NCBI GenBank assembly: GCA_965223415.1
Contig: OZ245002.1
Span: forward strand, 3,520,001 to 3,584,000
From: Myxococcota bacterium
GTDB taxonomy: Bacteria; Myxococcota_A; UBA9160; UBA6930
Direction: 5' to 3'
DNA: 64,000 bases
Both the position numbers and the translations under genes were made by a program. The notes under the pieces were generated by a model. It searched no databases. It saw only the letters and a program-made list of their open reading frames with translations, and was not told the origin of the DNA. Below, in pieces: positions 21,032 to 31,103 of the stretch; position 1 is the first letter of the stretch; every line of letters begins with the position of its first letter.

Positions 21032-22085
21032 CGTCCTGCTCGCGGCGGTCCTGGCTCAGGGCTGCACCTCGCTGGACCCGATCACCACCTGCGAGGCGGG
21101 AGACGGGCTCGAGCCGATCCGCGGCTTCGTGAACCCGGAGGACCTGACGGTCGCCCCCGACGGTGGGTGGCTCCTCGTCAGCCAGTACCCGGCCGCCCGG
21201 GACGCGGCCCTCGGGGACGGGGCGCTGCTCGCCTTCCGTCCCTTCGACGGCGCCCGGCACCGGCTCTATCCGGCGCCCGGCGCCGACGGCGAGGCACGGC
21301 TCGGCGACCCCAGCTGCCCGGGCCCGTCGGACGCGGAGGGCTTCTCTCCCCACGGCATCGACCTGCGCGCCGGCTCCGCCGGCGCCGAGCTCCTGGTCGT
21401 GAACCATGGCGGGCGCGAGGCGATCGAGATCTTCCGCGTCGACACCGCGGAGGCGGCGCCGCGGCTCCATTGGGCCGGCTGCATTCCGCTGCCCGAGGGC
21501 GACATGGCCAACGACGTGGTCGCTCTCCCGGACGGCGGCCTGATCGCCACCCGCATGGTTCCCGCCGAGGGCGGCCTGGGCACGGCGCTGCGTCTCCTCG
21601 CTGGCTGGGACACGGGTTACCTGCTCGAGTGGCAGGCCGGAGAGGGATGGCGGGCGATCGCCGGCAGCGAGGCCAGCGGGCCGAACGGCGTCGAGATCTC
21701 TCCGGACGGGTGCATCGTGTACTTCGCGGCCTGGGGCGGCAAGCGCATCGTGCGCGTGGGCCGCGACGGCCGCGGCCGCCGGGAGGTTCCCGTCGACTTC
21801 CATCCGGACAGCCTCACCTGGGACGCGCAGGGAAGGCTGCTCGCCGCCGGTCAGATGGGCGCGATCTCCGGCATCGCGTCCTGCCTCGAGCGGGGGGAGG
21901 GGACCTGTGGCCTCCCCTTCGGCGTGGTCGGCGTCTCGCCCGATACCCTCGAGGTCACGCCCCTGGTTCGTCACGATCCCGCGACGGTCGGAGGAGCCGC
22001 CTCGGTGGCCCTCGAGCACGAAGGCACGCTGTGGATCGGTACCTTCTCCGGCGACCGCCTGATCCGCGCGAAGGAGGCCCCGTGA
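20958..22085 (+). CDS. SMP-30/gluconolactonase/arylesterase-like beta-propeller, probable lipoprotein (start uncertain)
   Basis: NPEDL, SPHGID, ANDV, GPNGVEISPDG, PDSL; LAQGC lipobox-like. Confidence 0.75.
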   Translation: MSAFSIFRWRRCARDSTSPRPGWPSVLLAAVLAQGCTSLDPITTCEAGDGLEPIRGFVNPEDLTVAPDGGWLLVSQYPAARDAALGDGALLAFRPFDGARHRLYPAPGADGEARLGDPSCPGPSDAEGFSPHGIDLRAGSAGAELLVVNHGGREAIEIFRVDTAEAAPRLHWAGCIPLPEGDMANDVVALPDGGLIATRMVPAEGGLGTALRLLAGWDTGYLLEWQAGEGWRAIAGSEASGPNGVEISPDGCIVYFAAWGGKRIVRVGRDGRGRREVPVDFHPDSLTWDAQGRLLAAGQMGAISGIASCLERGEGTCGLPFGVVGVSPDTLEVTPLVRHDPATVGGAASVALEHEGTLWIGTFSGDRLIRAKEAP

Positions 22086-22465
22086 AGCCGATCGGCGACG
22101 AGACCTACGTGAACCTCGCCACCTTCCGCAAGAGCGGCGCCGAGGTGCGCACGCCGGTCTGGATCGCACCGGGTCCGGGCGGCGAGCGCCTCTACGTCTA
22201 CACGAACCGCACCTCGGGCAAGGTGAAACGCATCCGCAACGGCGCCCGGGTCCGCCTCGCGCCCTGCACCGCCACCGGCCGCGTCACCGGCGACTGGGTG
22301 GAGGGCGAGGCGCGCATGCTCGACGCGCCGGCCGAACGCGACCGCGGGCTCGATGCCGTCGTCCGGAAGTACGGCTGGCAGATGCGCGCCGCGCTCCTCA
22401 CTTCGCGGGTCTCCGGCCGCTACGCGGACCGGGCGGCGATCGAGATCCGGCTGACGGAGGGGTGA
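22082..22465 (+). CDS. PPOX-class F420-dependent oxidoreductase
   Basis: YVNLATFRKSG...TPVW, SGKVKRIRN, KYG. Confidence 0.85.
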   Translation: MKPIGDETYVNLATFRKSGAEVRTPVWIAPGPGGERLYVYTNRTSGKVKRIRNGARVRLAPCTATGRVTGDWVEGEARMLDAPAERDRGLDAVVRKYGWQMRAALLTSRVSGRYADRAAIEIRLTEG

Positions 22466-22563
22466 ACAGGGGCTCCGGGCTTCGCGCCGGGCCCCAGGCC
22501 CTGGTTCGGGCGCCCGTGGGCGAGACCGCATCCGTCACGCCCGCGCGATAGCCTTGGCGCACG

Positions 22564-25500
22564 ATGGGGAACGGGATGGAAGGGGCTGTCGTCGCCTGCC
22601 GCGGTGCGCGGGCCGCCGAGGAGCGGCTGGTGGGCGAGGTCGTGGCGCTCGTCGAGGCGGCGGCCCGCACGCCGGGTGGCCTGCTCCGGCCGGTTCGCGT
22701 GCTCGTTCCGTCGGCCAGCCTGCGCGAGCACCTGTGCGCACGCCTGGTGCGCGACCGCCCGGCGCTCCTGGGCGTGGAGGTAACGACCCTCGCCGCCTGT
22801 GCCCGGTCCCTGGCCGCCCGCCGGCCGGGCCCGGCGCGGAGAGGCGAGCCCCTGCTGCCGGTCCTGGCGCGTCGGGCCGCGCGGGAAGAGCCGGAGCTGC
22901 AGCGCGAGCTGCGGGATCCGGGCGGACGGGGCGGCGTGCTGGTCGGCGTGGTGCGCGATCTGCTCGACGCCGGCTTCGAGCCCGCCCACGAAGAGGGCGT
23001 CTGCGATCGTCTCTCCCAGCTCGCCACGGGTCGGCCCCGGGAGCGCGCGCTCGCCCTGGTGCGGGTCGCGCGCCGGGTGTTCGTCGCCTGCGAGCAGGGT
23101 GGGCTGGTGCCGCGGGCGGCGCTCTACCGCGCCGCGCGGGAGGTGCTCGAGGAGGAGGGCGAAGCCGCGCTTCCGTCGACGGCGGTCCGGATCCACGGGG
23201 TCGCGGATGCGACCGGCGTCGTGAGCGACCTGATCGCCGCCCTGGTGCGCGAGCTGGGTGCCCGGGTGACGCTGCCGCTTCCCGACGACCCGGCCTTCCC
23301 CGGGGCTCCGGCACCGGGTCACCGCTTCACCGATCGGCTCCTCGAACGCCTGGGCGAGCCGGCCCCGGCCGATCCGGCTTCGGGGGCCGAGCCGGCCGCG
23401 GCCGATTCCGACGCCGAACCGCCGCGGCTCGTGCTCCAGCGGGCGCAGGGTGCGAGCGCCGAGGCCCGGGCGACGGCGCTCGAGCTGCGGGCCCGCCTCG
23501 ACGCCGGCGCCGTGCCGGAGCGCCTGGGCATCGTGGCGCGGGATCTCGGCGGCTATCGGCTGGCGCTCTCCCGGGAGCTTCGCGCGTTCGGCATCCCCTT
23601 CTCCGGCGGCCAGGGCTTCGCCACCCGCGAGACGCGCCGGGTGCGGGCGCTGCTCGCGCTGCTGACCGAGGGGGGCGAGTGCACCGCCGACCGCTGGCTC
23701 GACGCCGCCGACGCCTTCCGGGGCGGGCATCTCGCGGACCTGCGGCTCGGGCTCCACGGGCTCGGCATCGGGCGACTGCGGGACGTCGCCGCCCTCGACC
23801 TCGAAGCGCGCCTCGGCGCGGCGAGCGGGCTCCGCCTGCCCGCGGTGCGTGGCGTGGTCGACGACGAGGAGGATCTGCTCTCCGGCGCGGGCGAGGTCTC
23901 CCGCCCGCGGACGCCGTCCCGCCTGCTGCGCCGACACATCTCCCGCAAGACGCTCGCCTGGGCCGTGGCGGCGGCCGGCGCCGCCCTCGAGTGGCTCGAG
24001 GGCTTCGCGAAGTGCCGCGCGCTTTCGGTCCACGGCGAAGCCCTGGATGCGCTGCTGGACGGTCCCCTCGGCTGGCGCCCGACGACCCCGGGGCGCGAGC
24101 TGGTCCGGGCCGCCCGCGACGGGCTGGCAGCAGAGCTGCTCCCGCACTGGGAGTTCGACGGTGAGGAGCTGGCGCTCCTGCTGGCCGGCCCGCTCGAGGG
24201 CGCCGGCACACCCGGCCTGGGCGGGGAGGGCGGCGGTGTCCAGGTGCTCTCGGCCATGGAGGCCCGCGGCCGTTGCTTCGACGCGCTCTTCCTCCTCGGC
24301 CTGAACCGCGACAGCTTCCCGCGACCCGTCGTGGAGGATCCGCTGCTTCCCGACGGGCTGCGCCGGGGGCTGCTGCCGCTGCTGCCGGACCTTCCGGTGA
24401 AGGGCCGGGGCTTCGACGAGGAGCGGCACCTGTTCGCCTGGCTGTGTTCGGCGGCGCCGGAGGTGGTGCTCTCCTGGCAGGCGGTCAGCGACGACGGGAA
24501 GGAGCGGCCGCGCTCCCCGTTGGTCGAGCGCGTGCTCCTGGCCCGGCCCGAGCTGCCCGTGCGCGAAGCCCTGGCACCGGTCGAGGCGGAGGCGGCCCTG
24601 CGGCCCCTTGGCGAGCAGGTACAGCGCGCTGGGCTCCACGGCGGGCCGCGGGCCCAGGCGGCCCTGCTCGGTGCCCTGGACCGGGAGCGCGGGGCCACCC
24701 GCATGGCGGTGCAGGCCGAGCTGGAAGGGCGGGGGCCGGCCCGGCAGGAGCCCGGTCCCTACTCGGGCTTCGTCGGTGCCGATCCCGCGCGCCTCGAGGG
24801 GCTCTTCGTGACCCGCCTCGAGCGCCTCTCCTGGTGCCCCTGGCAGCACTTCCTCGAGCGCCACCTCGGCCTGGAGCCGGTTCCGGACGCCTTCGCCGCG
24901 CTTCCCGACACCAGCCCGGCCCTGCTCGGCAACGTGGTCCACGACGCCCTCGAAGCCCTGGTCGAGCGGGCGGGCGCACCCACTCGGCGCCCTCTGGCAG
25001 AGGGGGCCGACGAGGCCCCGGTCGACGTGCCCTGGCCGGACGACACCGAGCTCGATGCGCTGCTCCTCGCCGCCGCCCACCGGGCTGCCTCCGAGGAGGG
25101 GATCGTGCTGCCGGCGTTCGCCCACTTCCTGGCCCGGCGGGCGCGGCCGCTCCTGGTGCGCATCGGTGAGCTGGAGACCCGGGACGGCGTGCTGCCCGGC
25201 GTCGTCGGCGCTGAGCTCGAGGCGTCGCGTCCGGTGACCGGGCCGAAGGGTCCCGTCGAGCTGCGGTTCCGGGCCGATCGCGTCGACCTTCGGGAGAAGG
25301 GCCTCGAGCTGGTCGACTACAAGACCGGTCGTCCGGTCTCCGACGCGAAGCGGGCGTCGACGCGGGAGGGGCACCTGCTCACGCAGGTCCGCGAGGGCAA
25401 GCGGCTGCAGGTCGCCGCCTACGCCGCGCCGGGGGGCGCCACCGCGGCGCGGGTCGGCCGCTTCGTGTTCGGCCGACCCGGCCTCGAAGACGACCACGCC

Positions 25501-25785
25501 CTCGTGCGCGTCGAGGCCGAGGACGCCGCCGCCCGGGCGGCTTTCGACGACGCCGCGGGCATCCTCCTCCGCGCGCTCGCTGCAGGTGCGTTGCCGCCGC
25601 GGCTGCTCAACCCCCAGCTCACCGAAGAGAACAACGCCTGCGAGCACTGCGAGCTGGCCGAGGCCTGCGGGCGGGGCGACAGCGGTGCTCGCCGGCGCTT
25701 CGCCGCCTGGATCCGCGGCAGGGGCGGCTCCGACGCCGTGCGCGCCGCAAGGGACGCCTTCGATCTCCGGACGGGCGGCGCGTGA
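22564..25785 (+). CDS. addB: AddB-like subunit (degenerate helicase fold plus PD-(D/E)XK nuclease, Fe-S cysteines)
   Basis: EERHLF, WCPW, RADRVD, LVDYKTG, CEHCELAEAC; coupled to addA. Confidence 0.78.
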   Translation: MGNGMEGAVVACRGARAAEERLVGEVVALVEAAARTPGGLLRPVRVLVPSASLREHLCARLVRDRPALLGVEVTTLAACARSLAARRPGPARRGEPLLPVLARRAAREEPELQRELRDPGGRGGVLVGVVRDLLDAGFEPAHEEGVCDRLSQLATGRPRERALALVRVARRVFVACEQGGLVPRAALYRAAREVLEEEGEAALPSTAVRIHGVADATGVVSDLIAALVRELGARVTLPLPDDPAFPGAPAPGHRFTDRLLERLGEPAPADPASGAEPAAADSDAEPPRLVLQRAQGASAEARATALELRARLDAGAVPERLGIVARDLGGYRLALSRELRAFGIPFSGGQGFATRETRRVRALLALLTEGGECTADRWLDAADAFRGGHLADLRLGLHGLGIGRLRDVAALDLEARLGAASGLRLPAVRGVVDDEEDLLSGAGEVSRPRTPSRLLRRHISRKTLAWAVAAAGAALEWLEGFAKCRALSVHGEALDALLDGPLGWRPTTPGRELVRAARDGLAAELLPHWEFDGEELALLLAGPLEGAGTPGLGGEGGGVQVLSAMEARGRCFDALFLLGLNRDSFPRPVVEDPLLPDGLRRGLLPLLPDLPVKGRGFDEERHLFAWLCSAAPEVVLSWQAVSDDGKERPRSPLVERVLLARPELPVREALAPVEAEAALRPLGEQVQRAGLHGGPRAQAALLGALDRERGATRMAVQAELEGRGPARQEPGPYSGFVGADPARLEGLFVTRLERLSWCPWQHFLERHLGLEPVPDAFAALPDTSPALLGNVVHDALEALVERAGAPTRRPLAEGADEAPVDVPWPDDTELDALLLAAAHRAASEEGIVLPAFAHFLARRARPLLVRIGELETRDGVLPGVVGAELEASRPVTGPKGPVELRFRADRVDLREKGLELVDYKTGRPVSDAKRASTREGHLLTQVREGKRLQVAAYAAPGGATAARVGRFVFGRPGLEDDHALVRVEAEDAAARAAFDDAAGILLRALAAGALPPRLLNPQLTEENNACEHCELAEACGRGDSGARRRFAAWIRGRGGSDAVRAARDAFDLRTGGA

Positions 25786-28700
25786 CCCGCCCCGACGACC
25801 GCAAGCTCCGGGACGCCGATCGCCGCGCTCGCGAAGAGGCGCAGCTGCGCTTCGATCGTCCCCTCGTGCTCGAGGCGGGCGCCGGCACCGGCAAGACGGC
25901 AGTGCTGGTCGCCCGCATCGTGGTGTGGTGCCTCGGGCCGGGCTGGGAGCGGGCGGAGGCGCGGCTCGCCGGGCGCTCGGGGCCCGCGGCGCCGGCTCGC
26001 GCCGAGCAGGTGGCGGCGGAGGTGCTTCGCGGCGTTGTGGCCATCACGTTCACCGAGGCGGCTGCGGCGGAGATGGCCTCCCGGGTCGCCGAGGCCCTGC
26101 TCGACCTGCGCGGCGGCGGGCTGCCCCAGGGCTTCCTCGAGCGCGCGCTCCCGCCCCCGTTGATGCGGCATCCGCGTATCGAGGCTCTGGTCGGCGCGCT
26201 CGACCAGCTCGCCGTGCGCACGATCCACGCGGCCTGCCGGCGCTGGCTGGCCGCCCACGCGGTGGACGCGGGCCTGCGGCCGGGCTTCGAGGTGGACGCG
26301 GACGGCCAGCAGCAGGCCGAGGCGGCCCGGGAGGCGCTCGAGGCCCTCCTGCCTCGCGCCTTCGGCGAGTCCTTCGATCCGGACTTCGGCGTCCTGACCG
26401 ACGCGGGTCTCGGGCCGCGGGACGTGGAGGAGGCGCTGATCACCCTGCTCGCCGAGGGCGCCGCGCCGGACGACCTGGCCGGCGAGCCGATCACGCCGGA
26501 CGCCCTGGCCACGCTCGCCGCCCGCCTGCGGGACGCCGTCGACCGCTTTCTCGCGGTCGAGGCCGGGCGCCTGGCCGGGCTCGGCGGCAAGGCGCCGGCG
26601 GTGACCCGAACGATGGAGCGGCTCCTCGCCACCCGCGCCGCGCTCGAGGGCGACCCGCCCGGGGATGCGGAAGGCTGGCAGCCGCTGCGCCAGGCGCTGG
26701 CCGCGCTGTGGCCCGGAGCGCCGAAGGACATGGGTCGTCTGATCGCCTGGGCGAAGGGCGACTTCCCCGCCCGGGCCGAGCTCGGCGACGACGCCGAGGC
26801 CCTCCAGGGCCTCGCCGCTCCCCTGCTGCACGGGCTGCGCCACGTGCTTCGCTTCGACCCGGTCCTGCTCGGTGCGGCGCGGCGGGTGCTGCACGAGCTG
26901 CTCGCCGATGCCCACGAGAGGCTGCAGGATCGCGGTGCCCTCACCTTCGGCGGCCTCCTGCGGGGCGCCCGGGACCTCCTGGATGCGCGGCCCGACGTCG
27001 CCGCCCGCCTGCGCGGCGAGATCGATCAGCTCCTGGTCGACGAGTTCCAGGACACCGACGCCCTCCAGTGCGAGATCCTGGAGCGGCTCGCCCTGGAGGG
27101 CGACGAGGGGGAGCGCCCCGGCCTCTTCCTGGTCGGCGATCCGAAGCAGTCGATCTACGGCTGGCGGGGAGCGGACCTGCGCGCCTACCAGGGCTTCGTC
27201 GCCCGGGCTCGTGCAGCCGAAGGGGAGGTGTTGCCGCTGGTCGTGAACTTCCGCTCGACGGCGGCGGTGCTCGACGAGGTCGAGCGCCTGATCGAGCCGG
27301 TCATGCAGGAGGCCCCCGGCTTCCAGCCCGCCTTCCAGCGGCTGCTTCCGCGGGAGGGCGAGAGGCCGGAAGACCTCCCCACTCCCTTCCGTCCCGTCGA
27401 GCACTGGATCAGCTGGCCCGCGGGCGATGACGGCGTGCCCGACCCGGGTCGGCCCAAGCGCGAGGCCAGCGAGCTGGAGGCCCGGCGCGTGGCCGCCGAT
27501 CTGCAGCGCCTGCGCGCAGCCGGCGTCTCCCCCGGCGACGTCGCCCTGCTGCTCCGCTCCACCGGCGACTTCGACGTCTACCTGGGCGCCCTGCGCGAGG
27601 CCGGGATCCCCTACGTCGTCGAGCGCGAGGAGCAGCACGGCCGCCGCCGCGAGGTGGTCGACGCCCTCGCCTGGCTCCGCTGCCTGCTCGACCCGAACGA
27701 CGCGCTCGCTCTGGTGGCCACCTTGCGCTCGTCGCTGGTCGGTGTACCCGACGCGGCGCTCGTGCCCCTCTGGCGGCGAAAGCTGCCGGAACGGGTCGCC
27801 CGGCTGCGCGGCGCCCCCGCCGACGAGATCGAGACGCTCTGCCGCGAGGTACGGGAGGTCGCGAAGGCGTTGCCGCCGGAGGTGCCGGGCCTCGAGCGCA
27901 TCGCCGGCTGGGAGGAGGGCCTGGTCGCCTTCCTGCGCGAGCTCGGCCCGCTGCGCGCGCTGGCGGAAGAGGGGCCCGTGGATCGCTTCGTGGAGGCGTT
28001 GCGCGGGCCCTTCGGGCTCGAGGCCGCCGAGGCCGGGCGCCACCTGGGCGCGCACCGTCTCGCCAGCCTCGACCGGGTGTTCCGGGAGCTCGCCCTCGCG
28101 CTCGAGAGCACCGGTGGCTCCGCCGCCGCCGTGCTCTCCTACCTGCGCCGGGCCGGCGGACCGGACCGCGAGCACCGGGAAGGGCGGCGCCGCGCCTTCC
28201 ACGAGGACGCGGTGCACGTCATGACCGTGCACAAGGCCAAGGGTCTGGGCTTCCGTCACGTCTACCTGCTGCAGAGCCACAAGGGAGAGGCGCGGGATGC
28301 GGCCCGGCGCACCACCTGGGTGCACCGGGGCGGGCGCAGCGAGTACGTGCTGTTCGGGGCCGCGACGCCGGGCATGCTCTCCCTCGAGGAAGAGCGCGCG
28401 GAGGTCGAGGCCAGCGAGCGGGTGCGGCTGCTCTACGTGGCGGCGACCCGCGCGAAGCAGCGCCTCGTGATCGCCGGCAAGCGTCCGGCGCGGCCGCGCA
28501 ACGCCGCGCCCACTTCGTTCTCCGACCTGCTCGGCCGGCGTCGACGTGCCCCCGCCGACCTGGCGGCGGCCCTGGCCGAGGCCACCGCCGAAGGGCGCAC
28601 CCACGACGGCGACGGCGTGATGTGGGGCTTCCCCGCCCTCTGGCCGCCGCCGGAGCCCCTGCCCGCGGAATCTGGAACCGCGGCCCTGCTGTCTGCCGCG

Positions 28701-29357
28701 GAGGTCCTCGCCGGGGAAGAGCGGCTGGAAGCCGCCCGGGAGGCGGCACGGGAACGGGAGGGGCGGCCGTTCCGCGACACCGCCTCGTCCCGTCACGCTC
28801 CCCTGGACGACGAGGGGGGGAGCGTCGGCGCCCGCGACCCGCGGGCCCGCGCCCGCGCGATGGAGGTGGGCAATGCGGTGCATGCCTGGCTCGAGGAGCT
28901 GGCCCTCGAGACGCCGCCCGACACCTGGCCTCCCGGGCTGGAGGCGGCGCTCGACGACCAGGGCCTGGATCCCGAGAGCCGGGCCCGCGCCGCCCAGCTC
29001 GCCGAGCGCTTCGTCGGCTCGCCGCTGGCCGCCCGTCTGCACGGGCTCGCCGGGCGCCTGATCGGGCGGGAGGTGCCGCTGCTCCTCGCGCCGGAGGAGG
29101 GCCGCGACCCGAGCGTGGGCTGTGTGGTCGGCAACATCGATCTCCTCTACCGCGACGAGGACGGCGAAGTGGTGGTCGCCGACTACAAGACCGATGCGGT
29201 CCGCGGCGCCGACGCCCTGGCCGCTCGCAGCCAGGCCTACGCCGGCCAGGGCCAGGTCTACGTCCGGGCCGTCCAGGCCGCCCTGGGCCTGGCCGAGCCC
29301 CCGCGCTTCGAGCTCTGGTTCCTCGACGCCGGCCGGATCGTCACGCCCGGGCCGTGA
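25782..29357 (+). CDS. addA: AddA-like UvrD helicase-nuclease
   Basis: AGAGTGKT, VDEFQDT, VGDPKQSIY, TVHKAKG, LYVAATRA, GNID, DYKTD. Confidence 0.88.
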   Translation: MTRPDDRKLRDADRRAREEAQLRFDRPLVLEAGAGTGKTAVLVARIVVWCLGPGWERAEARLAGRSGPAAPARAEQVAAEVLRGVVAITFTEAAAAEMASRVAEALLDLRGGGLPQGFLERALPPPLMRHPRIEALVGALDQLAVRTIHAACRRWLAAHAVDAGLRPGFEVDADGQQQAEAAREALEALLPRAFGESFDPDFGVLTDAGLGPRDVEEALITLLAEGAAPDDLAGEPITPDALATLAARLRDAVDRFLAVEAGRLAGLGGKAPAVTRTMERLLATRAALEGDPPGDAEGWQPLRQALAALWPGAPKDMGRLIAWAKGDFPARAELGDDAEALQGLAAPLLHGLRHVLRFDPVLLGAARRVLHELLADAHERLQDRGALTFGGLLRGARDLLDARPDVAARLRGEIDQLLVDEFQDTDALQCEILERLALEGDEGERPGLFLVGDPKQSIYGWRGADLRAYQGFVARARAAEGEVLPLVVNFRSTAAVLDEVERLIEPVMQEAPGFQPAFQRLLPREGERPEDLPTPFRPVEHWISWPAGDDGVPDPGRPKREASELEARRVAADLQRLRAAGVSPGDVALLLRSTGDFDVYLGALREAGIPYVVEREEQHGRRREVVDALAWLRCLLDPNDALALVATLRSSLVGVPDAALVPLWRRKLPERVARLRGAPADEIETLCREVREVAKALPPEVPGLERIAGWEEGLVAFLRELGPLRALAEEGPVDRFVEALRGPFGLEAAEAGRHLGAHRLASLDRVFRELALALESTGGSAAAVLSYLRRAGGPDREHREGRRRAFHEDAVHVMTVHKAKGLGFRHVYLLQSHKGEARDAARRTTWVHRGGRSEYVLFGAATPGMLSLEEERAEVEASERVRLLYVAATRAKQRLVIAGKRPARPRNAAPTSFSDLLGRRRRAPADLAAALAEATAEGRTHDGDGVMWGFPALWPPPEPLPAESGTAALLSAAEVLAGEERLEAAREAAREREGRPFRDTASSRHAPLDDEGGSVGARDPRARARAMEVGNAVHAWLEELALETPPDTWPPGLEAALDDQGLDPESRARAAQLAERFVGSPLAARLHGLAGRLIGREVPLLLAPEEGRDPSVGCVVGNIDLLYRDEDGEVVVADYKTDAVRGADALAARSQAYAGQGQVYVRAVQAALGLAEPPRFELWFLDAGRIVTPGP

Positions 29358-29531
29358 AGCCCGGCGCGAGGGCTTCCGCTCCCACGGGTTCGCCAGCCCC
29401 GACCGGTGAGGCCGGTCACCTCGGGAGGGCGCAACTCACGGGCTTCCTGGCCGCCAGCGCACGGGGACCGGCGGAACCCCCTCAAGCGAGTCGGGAGGGG
29501 GGTCGATGCAAGCTCCGATGGGGAGCGAAGT

Positions 29532-31055
29532 ATGAGAAAAGCCCTCTTCGTGCTGGCGTTCTTCGGGCTGGTGGCGTCCGCGCTGTCCGTGTGGGTGGCC
29601 CTGCGCGTGGAGGCCCGGCACCACGAGCTGGTGGCCGAGCTCGAAGGCCATCCCCACGTTCGCGTGCTCGAGAGCCGCTTCGAACGCGGCTTCGTGCGAT
29701 CACGGGCCGAGACCAGCATCGAGCTTCGCGGCCCGGTGGGCATGCTGTTCCAGGCGCCGCTCACCTGGGCGGGCCGCGAGAACGTCCGCCCGCGGGTCGG
29801 CTTGCGCTTGGAGCAGGAGATCGACCACGGGCCCACGAGCCTCTGGACGTGGCTGCAGAGCGGGGCTCGCGGCACGCCGCCGGTGGCCCACGTGCGCGCC
29901 CGCGTCGCCCTCGATCAGGAAGCCTTCGCCGAGATGGCCGCGGCCTTCGGCAAGTTCGCACCGGCGAGTCTGACCCTGCAGGTGGCTGCCGACGGACGCG
30001 TCGCCGGGCACGTCGCCCTCCCGGCGACGGCGCTCCAGCCGCGGGACGTCGACCCCGGGAAGTCGCCGCCGTGGGTCGGACGGCTGGGTGCGGTGCACGC
30101 GGATCTCCGGCTCGCGCCGGGCAGCGACATGCTGCAGGTGAGCCTGCGCGGCGGCGGGCTCCGGCTCGGTGGCGAGGCTCTGGCCCTGGATCTCGGCAGC
30201 TGGACCGGCAGCATCGAGCTGCCGATCGGCGATTCGCTTCGCGCCAGCCGCGGGGAGCACGTCGTGGAGCACCTGACCATCGGCTGGCCCGGGGCCGAGG
30301 GGGCGGACCCGACCGAGATCGAGCTCGCCGGCATCGCCTGGACCCGCGACGGCCGGCCCGAGCAGCTCCTCCTGGCGGCCGGGGTCGACCAGGCACGCTG
30401 GAACGAGCTCGAGGCCCGGGACCTGCGCATGGAGCTCCAGGCCGAGCGCGACCCGGACACGGCGGACCCCGCCACGCTGCCGCCTCACCTTCCCGGGGTG
30501 CTCGGACTGCGGCCGCAGCTCGAGCTCACCGCGCTCGGCGGCCAGACGCCCCACGGCCCCTTCCATGTCAGCGGTCGGCTGGACTTCGCGCCCCCCGGCG
30601 GCGGCGACATCCACGGGGATCTCGAGCTGCGCCTGCCCGGCGCGTGGGCCGAGCAGCTCGTGGACGAAGACGAGGCGCTGCTCAGCACCTGGATCGACGA
30701 GGGCGAGCTGCGCCCGGACGACGACGGCGGCTTCCGCACCCATCTGCGGCTCGGCGCGGCCGGTAGTGTCGCCGAGCGGCTGATCGCGCTGCTGCCGGCG
30801 CCGCCGGTCGGCGCGCCGGAGCCGGAAGAGGCGGAGCCGGGCGAAGGCGAGACGGAGCTGGCCGAGGATCCGTCGGCCGAGGAAGGCGACGCCGCGAGCG
30901 TTCCGGCGGCGACCGCCGACGAGGGCGAAACGGCGACCGGGGCGAGCTCCGGGGAGGCGCTCGCCGAGGCGGACGCCGGCGAGACGCGCTCGGAGCCGGC
31001 GCTCCCCGACGCCGCCACGCCGCCCGTCGCGCCCCCCGCTGCCGCGGCACCCTGA
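29532..31055 (+). CDS. YdgA/DUF945-like protein with acidic low-complexity tail
   Basis: N-terminal anchor, FERGFVRSRAET, EIDHGP. Confidence 0.6.
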   Translation: MRKALFVLAFFGLVASALSVWVALRVEARHHELVAELEGHPHVRVLESRFERGFVRSRAETSIELRGPVGMLFQAPLTWAGRENVRPRVGLRLEQEIDHGPTSLWTWLQSGARGTPPVAHVRARVALDQEAFAEMAAAFGKFAPASLTLQVAADGRVAGHVALPATALQPRDVDPGKSPPWVGRLGAVHADLRLAPGSDMLQVSLRGGGLRLGGEALALDLGSWTGSIELPIGDSLRASRGEHVVEHLTIGWPGAEGADPTEIELAGIAWTRDGRPEQLLLAAGVDQARWNELEARDLRMELQAERDPDTADPATLPPHLPGVLGLRPQLELTALGGQTPHGPFHVSGRLDFAPPGGGDIHGDLELRLPGAWAEQLVDEDEALLSTWIDEGELRPDDDGGFRTHLRLGAAGSVAERLIALLPAPPVGAPEPEEAEPGEGETELAEDPSAEEGDAASVPAATADEGETATGASSGEALAEADAGETRSEPALPDAATPPVAPPAAAAP

Positions 31056-31103
31056 ACCCGGGCCACCGGGAGCCCCCGAACCCGGGCCGCCGGGCGGCGA
31101 AGC

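Noticed and set aside
22564..29357. Helicase plus nuclease pair as a defence system or Cas4 module
   Set aside because: Size, order and motifs fit housekeeping AddAB
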